DNA of 64,000 nt from an uncultured virus (IMG/VR IMGVR_UViG_3300020416_000657) (IMGVR_UViG_3300020416_000657), one strand, 5' to 3'. Positions 1 to 8,865 are shown, counted from the first letter of the stretch. Notes: generated from the sequence alone by a model not told the origin. Program-made: numbers and translations.

Positions 1-294
1 AAGTTATTAACAACAAAAAGTAAACCAAAAAATGTACATCTTGGTTCTGGGAATCCAGTTAGTATATCGGAACTAGCAAAGGCATTTGACCACCCTATTG
101 TTTATGAATTTGACAAGAAGGGTGAGGCAGAAGTAACCGAATGTGAAAATCCATATATTGAAACAGAATATAATGTTATTAGTTATGTTAAGAAATGGAA
201 AAGTGATTATGAGGAAGAACGGATTTTAAGAAATGTAAACAAGGATTTGAGGAATGTGGAACGAAAATATGCCAAAATTGATAGTGGACAATGA
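1..294 (+). CDS. C-terminal part of a probable NAD-dependent sugar epimerase/dehydratase (truncated by window edge)
   Basis: Frame 1 is open from base 1 to TGA at 292-294. It reads ...KNVHLGSGNPVSISELAKAFDHPIVYEFDKKGEAEVT..., resembling the C-terminal 'N(L/I)GxGxxxSIxELA' region of extended SDR epimerases. Confidence 0.5.
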   Translation, partial: KLLTTKSKPKNVHLGSGNPVSISELAKAFDHPIVYEFDKKGEAEVTECENPYIETEYNVISYVKKWKSDYEEERILRNVNKDLRNVERKYAKIDSGQ

Positions 295-559
295 CACAGA
301 AAAAGAAGAGAAGGTTAGCGATGTATTCATGGTTACGAAAGAATTTCATACATCCGCTGAGTTCTCTCAACACATAGAAAGAAAAGCTGTTTCTGCTGGT
401 AATTATATCGATGTTTTAGTAGAATACTGTGGCAGGAATGATATAGAAATAGAAAGTGTTAAAAAATTACTTACAGCATCGCTTAAAGAAAAAATCAAAG
501 CAGAAGCAATTGGTCTTAACTTAGTTAAGGGACAGAAGTCTTGTAAGTTACCCATATGA
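269..559 (+). CDS. gp33: late promoter transcription coactivator (T4 gp33-like)
   Basis: YIDVLVEYC...EIESVKKLLTASLKEKIKAEA..LNL motif; directly upstream of gp59. Start may be 254 or 269. Confidence 0.85.
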   Translation: MPKLIVDNDTEKEEKVSDVFMVTKEFHTSAEFSQHIERKAVSAGNYIDVLVEYCGRNDIEIESVKKLLTASLKEKIKAEAIGLNLVKGQKSCKLPI

Positions 560-1134
560 TTGAACCCTATGAAGTTTATAAACTGTACCTAGCTATTAAA
601 CTTCATTTTACTACCAAGTCATATGATGTAGTGAAGTATAAGGGTAAAGTTAGAGTAAAACCAGAGACTTTTCGTAAACGGAAAGACATGGTATCTATAA
701 AGAAACTTGCTAGGGATTATAAACGCGAGGAAATAATAGATTTTTTAGTCGCAAATTTTGTATCTGGAGAACGATGGGGTGGATTGTTTGATATACAAGC
801 ATCCAAGAGATACGAAGATTGGAAGGCAAAAAAGAATCAGAGAGAATATCTCTTTCAAAGGGATGTCTCAAAGATACTACTAGAGATGGAAAAACAAAAA
901 GTTGGCGCTTTTTTTGAAAAAAATGGAAAACAGGGCTTGACTTTTCGTCTGTACTTTGGTAGAATGATCGAAATTGAAACTCTTGTTATATTAGATAAGA
1001 TTTTCGATTTTGTAGAAGAAACGGATGATGTTTTACTAGAAGATGTTGTACTGCTGGTTAAAAAATATCGTCCTTTCATAAAGGTGACCGACTCAATGAA
1101 GGAAGTCGCCAAAACACTTACTCAACCTGTATAA
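556..1134 (+). CDS. gp59: loader of DNA helicase (T4 gp59-like)
   Basis: N-terminal YEVYKLYLAIKLHFTTKSYDVVKY and later IETLVILD motifs; gp33-gp59-gp32 synteny. Confidence 0.9.
   Translation: MIEPYEVYKLYLAIKLHFTTKSYDVVKYKGKVRVKPETFRKRKDMVSIKKLARDYKREEIIDFLVANFVSGERWGGLFDIQASKRYEDWKAKKNQREYLFQRDVSKILLEMEKQKVGAFFEKNGKQGLTFRLYFGRMIEIETLVILDKIFDFVEETDDVLLEDVVLLVKKYRPFIKVTDSMKEVAKTLTQPV
937..965 (+). promoter_or_regulatory. sigma70-type (early) promoter inside gp59
   Basis: TTGACT-N17-TAGAAT with TG at the extended -10 position. The same CTTGACTTTT -35 context recurs at 59789 and 60430. Confidence 0.5.
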
Positions 1135-1137
1135 ATA
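1130..1137 (+). promoter_or_regulatory. T4-type late promoter
   Basis: TATAAATA followed by an AGGAG Shine-Dalgarno and ATG at 1150. Confidence 0.7.
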
Positions 1138-1149
1138 GGAGTGTATATA

Positions 1150-1332
1150 ATGAGTAGGAAACTACGACCTCATGATGATGAGAAGCGTGTGCGGAGAGTA
1201 CCTAGTGAAGATAAAACTAGACTTGACAAATACCGACACATCATGTATAATGAGGATATGTATGAGTCTGAAGAGTTCTTGGACGCTTTAGACAAAAAAA
1301 GTAAAATACAACGCAAACATAAACCAATATAA
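1150..1332 (+). CDS. small basic hypothetical protein
   Basis: ORF between gp59 and gp32 with AGGAG Shine-Dalgarno upstream of ATG 1150. Confidence 0.65.
   Translation: MSRKLRPHDDEKRVRRVPSEDKTRLDKYRHIMYNEDMYESEEFLDALDKKSKIQRKHKPI
1223..1251 (+). promoter_or_regulatory. consensus sigma70 promoter for gp32
   Basis: Perfect TTGACA-N17-TATAAT about 100 nt upstream of the gp32 start. Confidence 0.75.
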
Positions 1333-1349
1333 CGCACAAGGAGAAATAT

Positions 1350-2255
1350 ATGTCGTTTAATACTATAGAAGAGCTACGCAAGTCGCGTGGCAATTTTGAC
1401 ACCCTTCTTAACCAAGTTGAGAAGATGTCTACCACCACTACCGAGTCTAATGACGATGGTAAGGAATGGAAACCAACTGTTGACCAAGCTGGCAATGGGT
1501 ATGCAGTCATCCGATTTTTGCCCCCAGCAAAAGGTGAAGACCAATATTGGGCACGACTCTGGACTCATGGATTCCAAGGCCCTACTGGGAAGTGGTACAT
1601 CGAAAACTCTCTCACAACTCTAGGAAAACAAGACCCTGTTTCAGAATTGAACAGCGAATTGTGGAATAGCGGTGTTGAGTCTAACAAAGACATTGCTCGC
1701 AAACAAAAGCGTAGACAGTCTTTTTACTCCAACATTCTTGTTGTGAAAGACCCATCAAATCCAGACAATGAAGGTAATGTATTCCTTTATCGTTATGGTA
1801 AAAAAATCTTCGACAAAATTCAAGACTTGTTAAAGCCAGAATTTGAAGATGAAACTCCAGTAAATCCTTTTGATTTCTGGGAAGGCAGAAACTTCAAACT
1901 GAAGATTCGTCAAGTTGAGGGATTCCGAAACTATGACAAGTCGGAGTTTGAGTCTGCTCCATCACCAGTTGCCGCTGATGATGAAATTGAGGCAATTTGG
2001 GCGAAACAACACTCTCTTGCAGAGATTGTAGACCCATCTAACTTCAAGTCTTATGAAGACCTTAAATCCAAATTGGATATGGTTCTTCAAGGTGCAAGCA
2101 AGGTTCCTAATGCTTCAACTGTCGCAGCCCAGACAGGCGACATTGAAGATGACTTGTTTGTTAACAAAAACGCTGAAACAAAGGTAGTCTCCAATGGTTC
2201 AGATAGTGATGACGATGCAATGTCGTACTTTGCAAAACTTGCTGACGATAGTTAA
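1350..2255 (+). CDS. gp32: single-stranded DNA-binding protein (T4 gp32-like)
   Basis: GNGYAVIRFLP, WYIENSLTTLG, YGKKIFDKI and NFKLKIR..GFRNYDKSEF motifs; acidic tail ending SYFAKLADDS. Confidence 0.97.
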   Translation: MSFNTIEELRKSRGNFDTLLNQVEKMSTTTTESNDDGKEWKPTVDQAGNGYAVIRFLPPAKGEDQYWARLWTHGFQGPTGKWYIENSLTTLGKQDPVSELNSELWNSGVESNKDIARKQKRRQSFYSNILVVKDPSNPDNEGNVFLYRYGKKIFDKIQDLLKPEFEDETPVNPFDFWEGRNFKLKIRQVEGFRNYDKSEFESAPSPVAADDEIEAIWAKQHSLAEIVDPSNFKSYEDLKSKLDMVLQGASKVPNASTVAAQTGDIEDDLFVNKNAETKVVSNGSDSDDDAMSYFAKLADDS

Positions 2256-2275
2256 TATCTAAGATTAGTTATGCG

Positions 2276-2308
2276 AGGGGCGGCATAAATAGTGTCGCCC
2301 CTTTTTTT
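2276..2308 (+). terminator. Rho-independent terminator after gp32, loop carrying a late-promoter-like CATAAATA
   Basis: GGGGCGGCA-TAAATAG-TGTCGCCCC followed by a T run. Confidence 0.8.
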
Positions 2309-3838
2309 ATGGCGAAAATTATGGATGGAATTATATTTGGTGGACAACTAGAAGACTTTGCTGGGTCAATTCATAAAGAAGATTCAAAAAACATCTCAAT
2401 AAGAAGAAGTTCAGGCGGACACAAGATTGCCACTTTTTTGAGGCAGAACGGTTATAATATAGATGTAATAGATTATGTCCACAGATGGAAAATAGAACAA
2501 CTTAAAAAATATTTAAAACCTAGAGCAGAAAAGTGTAAGTTCTTTGGATTTGGTTCTACATTCTTTTTAGATAGTCCAGTTGTTAAAGAACTGGTTGAAT
2601 GGTTAAAACAAGAATATCCAAATATACCGCGTGTTGCTGGTAGTCAAAATGATAGTATGCGTAGTCTGGACATGGATTGGTATGTCTATGGTTACGGTGA
2701 AAACGCCATGTTGGAATTGATGAAACATTTCGATGGTGGGCCAGAACCGATACACTTCAATAAAGTAATTAACTGTTATGTAAATTACAAATCATTTCCG
2801 AAAGAAGATTTAACAGTATCTTACCAAGAAACAGATTTTATGAACCCAAGGGAAATACTTCTTTTGGAGTTTGCTCGTGGATGTAAGTTCAAATGTAAGT
2901 TCTGTAGTTTCCCGATACTAGGCGTCAAGGGTGATTACTCTCGTACAGCAGAAAGCGTCTATGATGAGATGTTAGAGAATTATGATAAGTGGGGAACAGA
3001 ACATTATATTGTCCTAGATGAAACATTCAATGACAGTCCACAGAAGATTGAGAAGTTTGCTAATGTAATAGAAAAACTTCCATTTCAACCAAAGATGACC
3101 GCGTATATCCGTGGTGATTTAATAGCTTCGCGTCCTAAAGATTGGGATAACCTAATTAAGATGGGAATTACATCTCACTTCTATGGTATTGAAAGTATGA
3201 ACCACAAGGCAGCTAAATCTGTTGGTAAGGGAATGAATACTGGTAGGATACAGGACGGACTATTAGAAGTAAAAGAATACTTTCAGAAAAATGCTGGATT
3301 CTACAAAGGTCATATATCATTAATATCTGGACTTCCATACGAAACCATTGATAGTCTACGCGATACAGTAAAATGGTGTTCTGAATACTGGGCAGACCAG
3401 AGTTATCATATGAATATATTGATGATTAAGTTACTAGGAAAACCATCTCTCAATCATAGTTCAGAATTTGATTTAAATTGGAAAGAATATGGATATAGAG
3501 AGGGTAAATTCCCCGAAGATGATATAAAGTGGGATATGAGTATCAATCCGTTCTATAAAGTCCTCTACGACTATGTGGCGACCTCTGGCGAGTACATTAT
3601 GTGGGAAAATGACTACTCTAGCATGTATGAGTGTTTTAAATTTTGCGTGGAAGAGTTTAGTAAAGCAAAACTAAAAAATGTATTAGACCCATTCATGTAT
3701 GATAAGTTTTTCATTGACCCTAGTGTAACTTGGAATGATTTTCAGACACAAACTCACATGGAAAGAAGAGAAAGTTTTATTCTAGACCATGTTGATGGAT
3801 ATATTCAGAAAAAACTTAATTGTTCTTTTGAACCATAA
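2309..3838 (+). CDS. radical SAM protein with probable N-terminal cobalamin-binding-like domain
   Basis: LEFARGCKFKCKFC (CxxxCxxC), VLDETFN, YGIES and ISGLPYET motifs typical of B12-dependent radical SAM proteins. Confidence 0.85.
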   Translation: MAKIMDGIIFGGQLEDFAGSIHKEDSKNISIRRSSGGHKIATFLRQNGYNIDVIDYVHRWKIEQLKKYLKPRAEKCKFFGFGSTFFLDSPVVKELVEWLKQEYPNIPRVAGSQNDSMRSLDMDWYVYGYGENAMLELMKHFDGGPEPIHFNKVINCYVNYKSFPKEDLTVSYQETDFMNPREILLLEFARGCKFKCKFCSFPILGVKGDYSRTAESVYDEMLENYDKWGTEHYIVLDETFNDSPQKIEKFANVIEKLPFQPKMTAYIRGDLIASRPKDWDNLIKMGITSHFYGIESMNHKAAKSVGKGMNTGRIQDGLLEVKEYFQKNAGFYKGHISLISGLPYETIDSLRDTVKWCSEYWADQSYHMNILMIKLLGKPSLNHSSEFDLNWKEYGYREGKFPEDDIKWDMSINPFYKVLYDYVATSGEYIMWENDYSSMYECFKFCVEEFSKAKLKNVLDPFMYDKFFIDPSVTWNDFQTQTHMERRESFILDHVDGYIQKKLNCSFEP

Positions 3839-5612
3839 GTTTATTAACTTCAGTATCTACAACTGTCTTATCTGTTACTAGGACAGGCAAGTATTCTACT
3901 TTTCCACCAAGACCACCAACTACTTGTTGTAATGATTGCATTGCATCACTTTGTATAGCTGCAACTTGCATTGCCTTTTCTTCACTTGCAGATGCTTGAG
4001 CGTTTGCTACTTGATTGGATGCTGAATCTATTGTTATAGAACCACTTTCTGTTTCTGCTGGAGCGGAGTCTCCAATTAAATCTGTTGGGGTAGTAGATTC
4101 TGCCGCTTGCATTTGCATTTCTGGTGACGGAACTTTTAGACTTCCATCCTCATTGTGAGTTGCACCAAATTTTTCGTCCCATCGTTTTTGTTCGGCAGCC
4201 AATCCTTTATCAGTCTGAAAAAATCCTTTTTCTGTTGGTCTTGCAGATGTTGGTTTTTCCAATTCACCTTTACCAAGATTATCTTTCATTTCTTTAAGTT
4301 TGCCTTTCACATAATCAATTATAGCTCCATACTTTTCAAAGTAATTAGTTTCTATTGGACTCAATACATCACTATCATGTGGAAATTTAAGTGATGCATC
4401 ATCACTATCTGGGTCACCATAAACATCATTGTACATATCTCTAGCAAGAAGACCAGCATCTATTGATACACCACCTAACGGCCCAACTAACGCGACACCA
4501 GCCAGTTCCGCAGCTGCCCCTGCCGAATCTCCTTTGAATAATCGATGTGCTGCCATTCCAAGACCAGCAACTGCACCCACTAAGGGTACTTGTTTAATAC
4601 CATACTTACCAATATTTTTCATCAATGAAGCTGCTAAATCACCAGTTTTGGCCAATGCGCTTGTTTTTGCTTTGGTTGGCCCATCAATTTTAACTTTTAG
4701 TGGTTTCACATTTTCTGGTTTTACCATATTCGTGGTTGGTTTACCATCCGCGCCTTGTACAGTAAAATTACCTTTTTGTGATTGCACTACATTTTTGCCA
4801 TCTGGTGTAGTACCAACTACCTTAGAACTGTCTATCGCGGGCGTCCCAGCTTTATCAAGTGAAGGGGTTGTAACTTTTTTAACTCCACTTGCAATCATTC
4901 CTGCTCCAGCTTTGACGGCAGATTTTGCACCTTGTCCTAAAGTCTGAGCGGCAATTAATTTATTACCTTGTGTTACTAGTGATTGTGTTATTTTTGTTAT
5001 GAAATTATCTGTGCCATCTTCAAGTTTCGTTTGAACTTCTTTGGCTCTTTTTTCAGATGTTTCAGTATCAAACATACCCATAGCACCCAGAGCAGCAAGA
5101 CCACCGACAGCAGTTCCTAATCCAGCACTACCTACTGGTAATGACCTACCACCACCCTTTCCACCAAACATTGCATTTAATTTATTTTCGTCTGGTGACT
5201 CTGCTTTAGGGGCGGCGAATCCAGTTGCTATAGTAGCGGTATCACCCTTTATACTTACTAAGACTTCTCTTATTTCATTTAAAGCATTAACTGTGGGGTT
5301 TGAAGAATCTCCATCCTGTAACGCGGAAGTAGCTTGAGCTGTCGATACTCCGCCTGAACCTCCGCCTCTATTTCCACCACCAGCAGATGTTGGAAACGGA
5401 ATAACATTGTCCATTGATTCATTAGAGGAAGGTACGGCAGTTTGCATACCTTGACCGCCTCCTGCCAAAGCTGCTCCAGCACCAAATCCAAGCGCACCTT
5501 TACCCAAAGAACCCGCCGCTCTTAATCCAGATTTTGCAACCCCAGCAGTTCTAGCTAGAGCCATTCCTCCAAATCTTGCTGCTCCCATCAAAGCGGGTAT
5601 AAAGAATGCCAT
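3816..5612 (-). CDS. probable tape measure / baseplate hub protein (gp29 position)
   Basis: 598 aa, Ala/Gly-rich, with a KQVPLVGAVAGLGMAAHRLFKGD..GAAAELA segment seen in T4-like tape measure proteins; lies downstream of gp26/gp51. Confidence 0.6.
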   Translation of the reverse strand: MAFFIPALMGAARFGGMALARTAGVAKSGLRAAGSLGKGALGFGAGAALAGGGQGMQTAVPSSNESMDNVIPFPTSAGGGNRGGGSGGVSTAQATSALQDGDSSNPTVNALNEIREVLVSIKGDTATIATGFAAPKAESPDENKLNAMFGGKGGGRSLPVGSAGLGTAVGGLAALGAMGMFDTETSEKRAKEVQTKLEDGTDNFITKITQSLVTQGNKLIAAQTLGQGAKSAVKAGAGMIASGVKKVTTPSLDKAGTPAIDSSKVVGTTPDGKNVVQSQKGNFTVQGADGKPTTNMVKPENVKPLKVKIDGPTKAKTSALAKTGDLAASLMKNIGKYGIKQVPLVGAVAGLGMAAHRLFKGDSAGAAAELAGVALVGPLGGVSIDAGLLARDMYNDVYGDPDSDDASLKFPHDSDVLSPIETNYFEKYGAIIDYVKGKLKEMKDNLGKGELEKPTSARPTEKGFFQTDKGLAAEQKRWDEKFGATHNEDGSLKVPSPEMQMQAAESTTPTDLIGDSAPAETESGSITIDSASNQVANAQASASEEKAMQVAAIQSDAMQSLQQVVGGLGGKVEYLPVLVTDKTVVDTEVNKLMVQKNN

Positions 5613-5613
5613 T

Positions 5614-5811
5614 TTATTGTCTCCATTTATTATTTTTGATTGCGTCCGCTTTTTTCTTCAAATGTTGAACCAACATCGAAATGTATACTTGCCTTTCCCA
5701 CGGAACCCAACTTTCTATTTCTGTTAAACTGTATTTATGTTCTTGCATTAGTAGAAAGTTAGTTTTAAAGTAATTTTCTAAATTTTCATGGAAAAGGCTT
5801 ATACGAAAAAA
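5614..5811 (-). CDS. gp51: baseplate hub assembly protein gp51-like segment, in the -1 frame of gp26 (not in the ORF track)
   Basis: Reads ...FRISLFHENLENYFKTNFLLMQEHKYSLTEIESWVPWERQVYISMLVQHLKKKADAIKNNKWRQ*, matching the short gp51 of marine T4-like phages. First in-frame ATG is at 5748, after part of the conserved motif. Confidence 0.8.
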   Translation of the reverse strand, partial: FFRISLFHENLENYFKTNFLLMQEHKYSLTEIESWVPWERQVYISMLVQHLKKKADAIKNNKWRQ

Positions 5812-6500
5812 TCGTAATACCCATTCAAGTAAGCAACATTGTCTTTTTTACACTTGTTGCATTTATATTCGACATGGTTTTCTATTACTGGCATTGTCTC
5901 AAAAAAGTTTTTGATATGTGAGAACTGTTCTGAAGTTAGGTTGTCAATAAAATCACTTCTTTCTTCTTCCCTTAGTTCTTTAAACTCAATGATTGCATCT
6001 CCATAGAAAACAGTTTCTATACAAGTCTCAGCGACTTTATAGATGTCACCTTCTGTCTCTGATTGTCCTAGAGCAGTAAGTTCTTTAGCATTAGGATATT
6101 TCATTTTTACTGATATATCCTCAGCAATCTGAAAGTCCATCGCGTGTCCTTCTGTTTCATGAAGTTTAAAGGTATCCAATTCTATTTGAATATCTATTGG
6201 TGCTTCACAATGTCCACATAGTAACCTTATGTCTACTGTGTCTGATACTGAGACCTTTCTTAATTCTAAAAAGATTTTTTGCATGTCAAATATGGGAAGT
6301 TCATCTCCCTGTACTTTACCAAAAGAACAATTAGTTACCACTTGTTGAGTGGCTCTAATCATTTCGTCTTGGTCTTTAGTTTCATTTGCTAAGACAAGCA
6401 ATTTTTCTTCTTTTACTAGGAAAGGTCTGAATTTAACACTCTTATTAAGAGAGTGTATATGAACATCTATCAGAGGATGTTCAGTTTGTGGTAGTGCCAT
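5799..6500 (-). CDS. gp26: baseplate hub assembly chaperone (gp26-like), copy 1
   Basis: MALP...VKFRPFLVKEEKLL, LPIFD..IFLELR..SV, two CxxC motifs, MKYP, FFETMP, ends ...DFFV. Confidence 0.9.
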   Translation of the reverse strand: MALPQTEHPLIDVHIHSLNKSVKFRPFLVKEEKLLVLANETKDQDEMIRATQQVVTNCSFGKVQGDELPIFDMQKIFLELRKVSVSDTVDIRLLCGHCEAPIDIQIELDTFKLHETEGHAMDFQIAEDISVKMKYPNAKELTALGQSETEGDIYKVAETCIETVFYGDAIIEFKELREEERSDFIDNLTSEQFSHIKNFFETMPVIENHVEYKCNKCKKDNVAYLNGYYDFFV

Positions 6501-6514
6501 ATTATCCTCCAAAC

Positions 6515-7198
6515 CTATTCTGATTCACCGAAAAATCCATTCATTACTGCCTGATTTTCAGTTCCACATTTTCCACATTCAAACTCTATTACATTTTGCA
6601 CCACAGGCATTGATGCAAAAAATAATGTTATCATTTCAAACTCTGAACTTGTCAAAGTTTCTATAAATTCTATTTTTTCTTCTTCTGATATATTCTCTAC
6701 CTTTTCCCCTTTTATTTTAATTGAGTCGATACATGTAGCAGCTATATCATAATACGGTATTTTTTCTTTATCAAATTCAAATAATTCACCAGCGGTAGGA
6801 TATCTCATTTTTACTATCAAATCATCTCTTAGTGGAAGTATGTCGGTGTGATAATCAGTTAGTTTGAATCCAAAGTCATCATAATTTATTGACTGTGTAT
6901 TATACTCTCCACAGTCTCCACACATGAATGCCCAGTCTGGTATTTCTATTTCAGAAATTTTAGATAATTGAATCCATATGTTCTGTAAGTCAAAGATAGG
7001 TAAAGTAGTTCCATCCACTTTACCCAGAGAACAACTAGTGATACAATCTGATATTGATTTTATTAGAACATGTCTGTCCGAGTCTGGGCTCTCAAATAAT
7101 CTTTCTTCTTTTACTAAGAATTGTCTAAACGGAATTTTTTTATCTAACGAATAGACAAAAATGTCTGTCAAAGGATATTTCGCCTTTGGTAGTGTCAT
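6515..7198 (-). CDS. gp26-like paralogue, copy 2
   Basis: MTLP...IPFRQFLVKEE, LPIFD, CGDC, MRYP, FFASMP, CGKC; colinear with the adjacent gp26. Confidence 0.8.
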   Translation of the reverse strand: MTLPKAKYPLTDIFVYSLDKKIPFRQFLVKEERLFESPDSDRHVLIKSISDCITSCSLGKVDGTTLPIFDLQNIWIQLSKISEIEIPDWAFMCGDCGEYNTQSINYDDFGFKLTDYHTDILPLRDDLIVKMRYPTAGELFEFDKEKIPYYDIAATCIDSIKIKGEKVENISEEEKIEFIETLTSSEFEMITLFFASMPVVQNVIEFECGKCGTENQAVMNGFFGESE

Positions 7199-7215
7199 TA
7201 CAAACCTCCAATAAT

Positions 7216-7848
7216 TTAATCAATCCAATCATTAATATTATGAGCAATTTTACTTTTGATAGCGTTTTTAATACCGTTCTTACGGAAATTGAGTATTCCA
7301 AACAACCTTTCTGCATCACCCGCTACAACACCTCTAGAAGTCCACCTTCTAAAAGCAAATGTCACATTAACTCTCACTATACCTTCAGCACTTTGACCCA
7401 TTGGTAGAATGTTCATGAGTCTTGGAAATGCATCATATAGTTTCCATCTTGTTACTATGTTATCTTCTCTGTCAAGAGCATATACTTCTACCTGTCCCAC
7501 ATGTTCGTCTGGAAAACTGACTTCTTTTGAAAGGGGGTCAGCGATAGTGGTCATCCAGTTTTCAAAATATGTTCTTACATCCCAATTATCGTCACAGAAA
7601 AATGTGAACGCGGCTGTGTCTCCAAAGTATTCTATACCATGCGCTCTTTGTTCTGTCCAATGAGATATTTTTGTTGGCGACCATTGAATTTGTAAGCCTG
7701 GTATTTGTGCCTCTTCACACATTAATGATATGTCTCTATCCTCTACAAATCGGCCTGGCGAATTAATAACCACCTCAAACCTATTAGACCTCGCAAGGTC
7801 ATTCTTTCTAACTTTCGCAATGAAATCTTTTGTTTTAAAATATGCCAT
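7216..7848 (-). CDS. gp54: baseplate tail tube initiator / tail-tube-fold protein (gp54-like)
   Basis: LARSNRFEVVI, MCEEAQIPG, YFENWM and KLYDAFP motifs of the gp19/gp54 fold; located between gp2 and gp26. Confidence 0.7.
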   Translation of the reverse strand: MAYFKTKDFIAKVRKNDLARSNRFEVVINSPGRFVEDRDISLMCEEAQIPGLQIQWSPTKISHWTEQRAHGIEYFGDTAAFTFFCDDNWDVRTYFENWMTTIADPLSKEVSFPDEHVGQVEVYALDREDNIVTRWKLYDAFPRLMNILPMGQSAEGIVRVNVTFAFRRWTSRGVVAGDAERLFGILNFRKNGIKNAIKSKIAHNINDWID

Positions 7849-8417
7849 TAAATCATTCTCCTAGACGCTTGGAATACGGTGTTTTTACTAACATTAAAGT
7901 CTTCTACTGGTAAAAATATAGCACCTTTCCAATCTTGTGGATTGATTTCAAAAAATCTAGACCTTATTTGTTTTGTTAAATATCTTTTTACACATGGTTT
8001 TACTTCTGGAAATTGTGCAGAGTTTGACAATAGTTCCCAGTTGTATCTCATTGTAGTTTTATCATCTATCGCTCTATCGTTTGTTGTTTCTATTAATTTG
8101 CCTAATAACTGAGCTCTCATCATATAAGGTAGATAATGCAAATTCAATCCCCAGAATCCATCTTTTGTAGGTTCAAATGGAAGGCAAAGAGGAAACGCAT
8201 CAAAGTATGGTAGTTTATCTTTCCATTTCGCGTCATACCTAAACAAGTACATTGAACCTATATCAAATTGACTTACTGGTTTACCAATGTCATTTGCTAT
8301 GGCACTTGAAGGTGTAGATACGCCACGCATAATCTGCCTTACTTGGTTCATGTACCAATTAAATGACTTTCTTCCAGAGTCAGAGTTAGGTCTTATTTGT
8401 AGAAATGGATTCGCCAT
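7848..8417 (-). CDS. gp2: DNA end protector protein
   Basis: GSMYLFRYDAKWKDKLPYFDAFPL, GFWGLNLHYLP and CVKRYL motifs. Confidence 0.93.
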   Translation of the reverse strand: MANPFLQIRPNSDSGRKSFNWYMNQVRQIMRGVSTPSSAIANDIGKPVSQFDIGSMYLFRYDAKWKDKLPYFDAFPLCLPFEPTKDGFWGLNLHYLPYMMRAQLLGKLIETTNDRAIDDKTTMRYNWELLSNSAQFPEVKPCVKRYLTKQIRSRFFEINPQDWKGAIFLPVEDFNVSKNTVFQASRRMI

Positions 8418-8422
8418 AGCGA

Positions 8423-8863
8423 CTATTTATAATACATTCCCAATTCTTTTTCAGTAATTATTTTAAATTCCCATCCTCTATCAAGACAAAATTCTTTTGC
8501 TGACTTCCACTTTGACTCATTGATACCATACTGGGCAATCTCTTGTAAATACTTTTTTGTTTTCTTTCTTGGTTCTGGTGGTTTTGTAAACCGTTCTGGT
8601 TTGATTTCTATCAGATATGTACCACCAACTGTCTTCAAATAAAAGTCAACAAAGTAACGATGTATTCTTCTATCGATTGGTGACCTATAGGGTATCGCTA
8701 TAGGTTCAGATGCCCACTCTAAAACATCTTGGTTCTTGTCGCACCAATTCATAAATTTTAGTTCATAGGCAGACCTATAAATAACCTCTGAAATGTCTCC
8801 ACGATATTTTTTTGTGTTTTTTGGAATAAATTTTCCTTGGTGGATATCTTTTCGGTACGGCAT
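8423..8863 (-). CDS. gp4: head completion nuclease
   Basis: GKFIPKNTKKYRGD..IYRSAYE, WASE..IPYRSP, HRYFVDF, LIEIKP and FKIITEKEL motifs. Confidence 0.93.
   Translation of the reverse strand: MPYRKDIHQGKFIPKNTKKYRGDISEVIYRSAYELKFMNWCDKNQDVLEWASEPIAIPYRSPIDRRIHRYFVDFYLKTVGGTYLIEIKPERFTKPPEPRKKTKKYLQEIAQYGINESKWKSAKEFCLDRGWEFKIITEKELGMYYK
8424..8431 (-). promoter_or_regulatory. T4-type late promoter for gp2 onward
   Basis: TATAAATA on the minus strand just before the gp2 ATG. Confidence 0.65.
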
Positions 8864-8865
8864 CT

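Noticed and set aside
4155..5497. Long opposite-strand ORFs in the track (e.g. 4429-4947, 5041-5337; likewise 14221-14886, 20455-20973, 30497-30958)
   Set aside because: They are antisense shadows of real Gly/Ala/Thr-rich genes, with no Shine-Dalgarno or recognisable motifs.
6515..6545. Second frameshift site at the end of the upstream gp26 paralogue
   Set aside because: A TTT TTC is not a canonical X XXY YYZ heptamer, and the next gene has its own GGAGG Shine-Dalgarno and ATG.
8423..8863. TnsA-like nuclease motif suggesting a transposon
   Set aside because: It is the core T4-like gp4 head completion protein in its normal position; no transposon ends or partner genes are visible.
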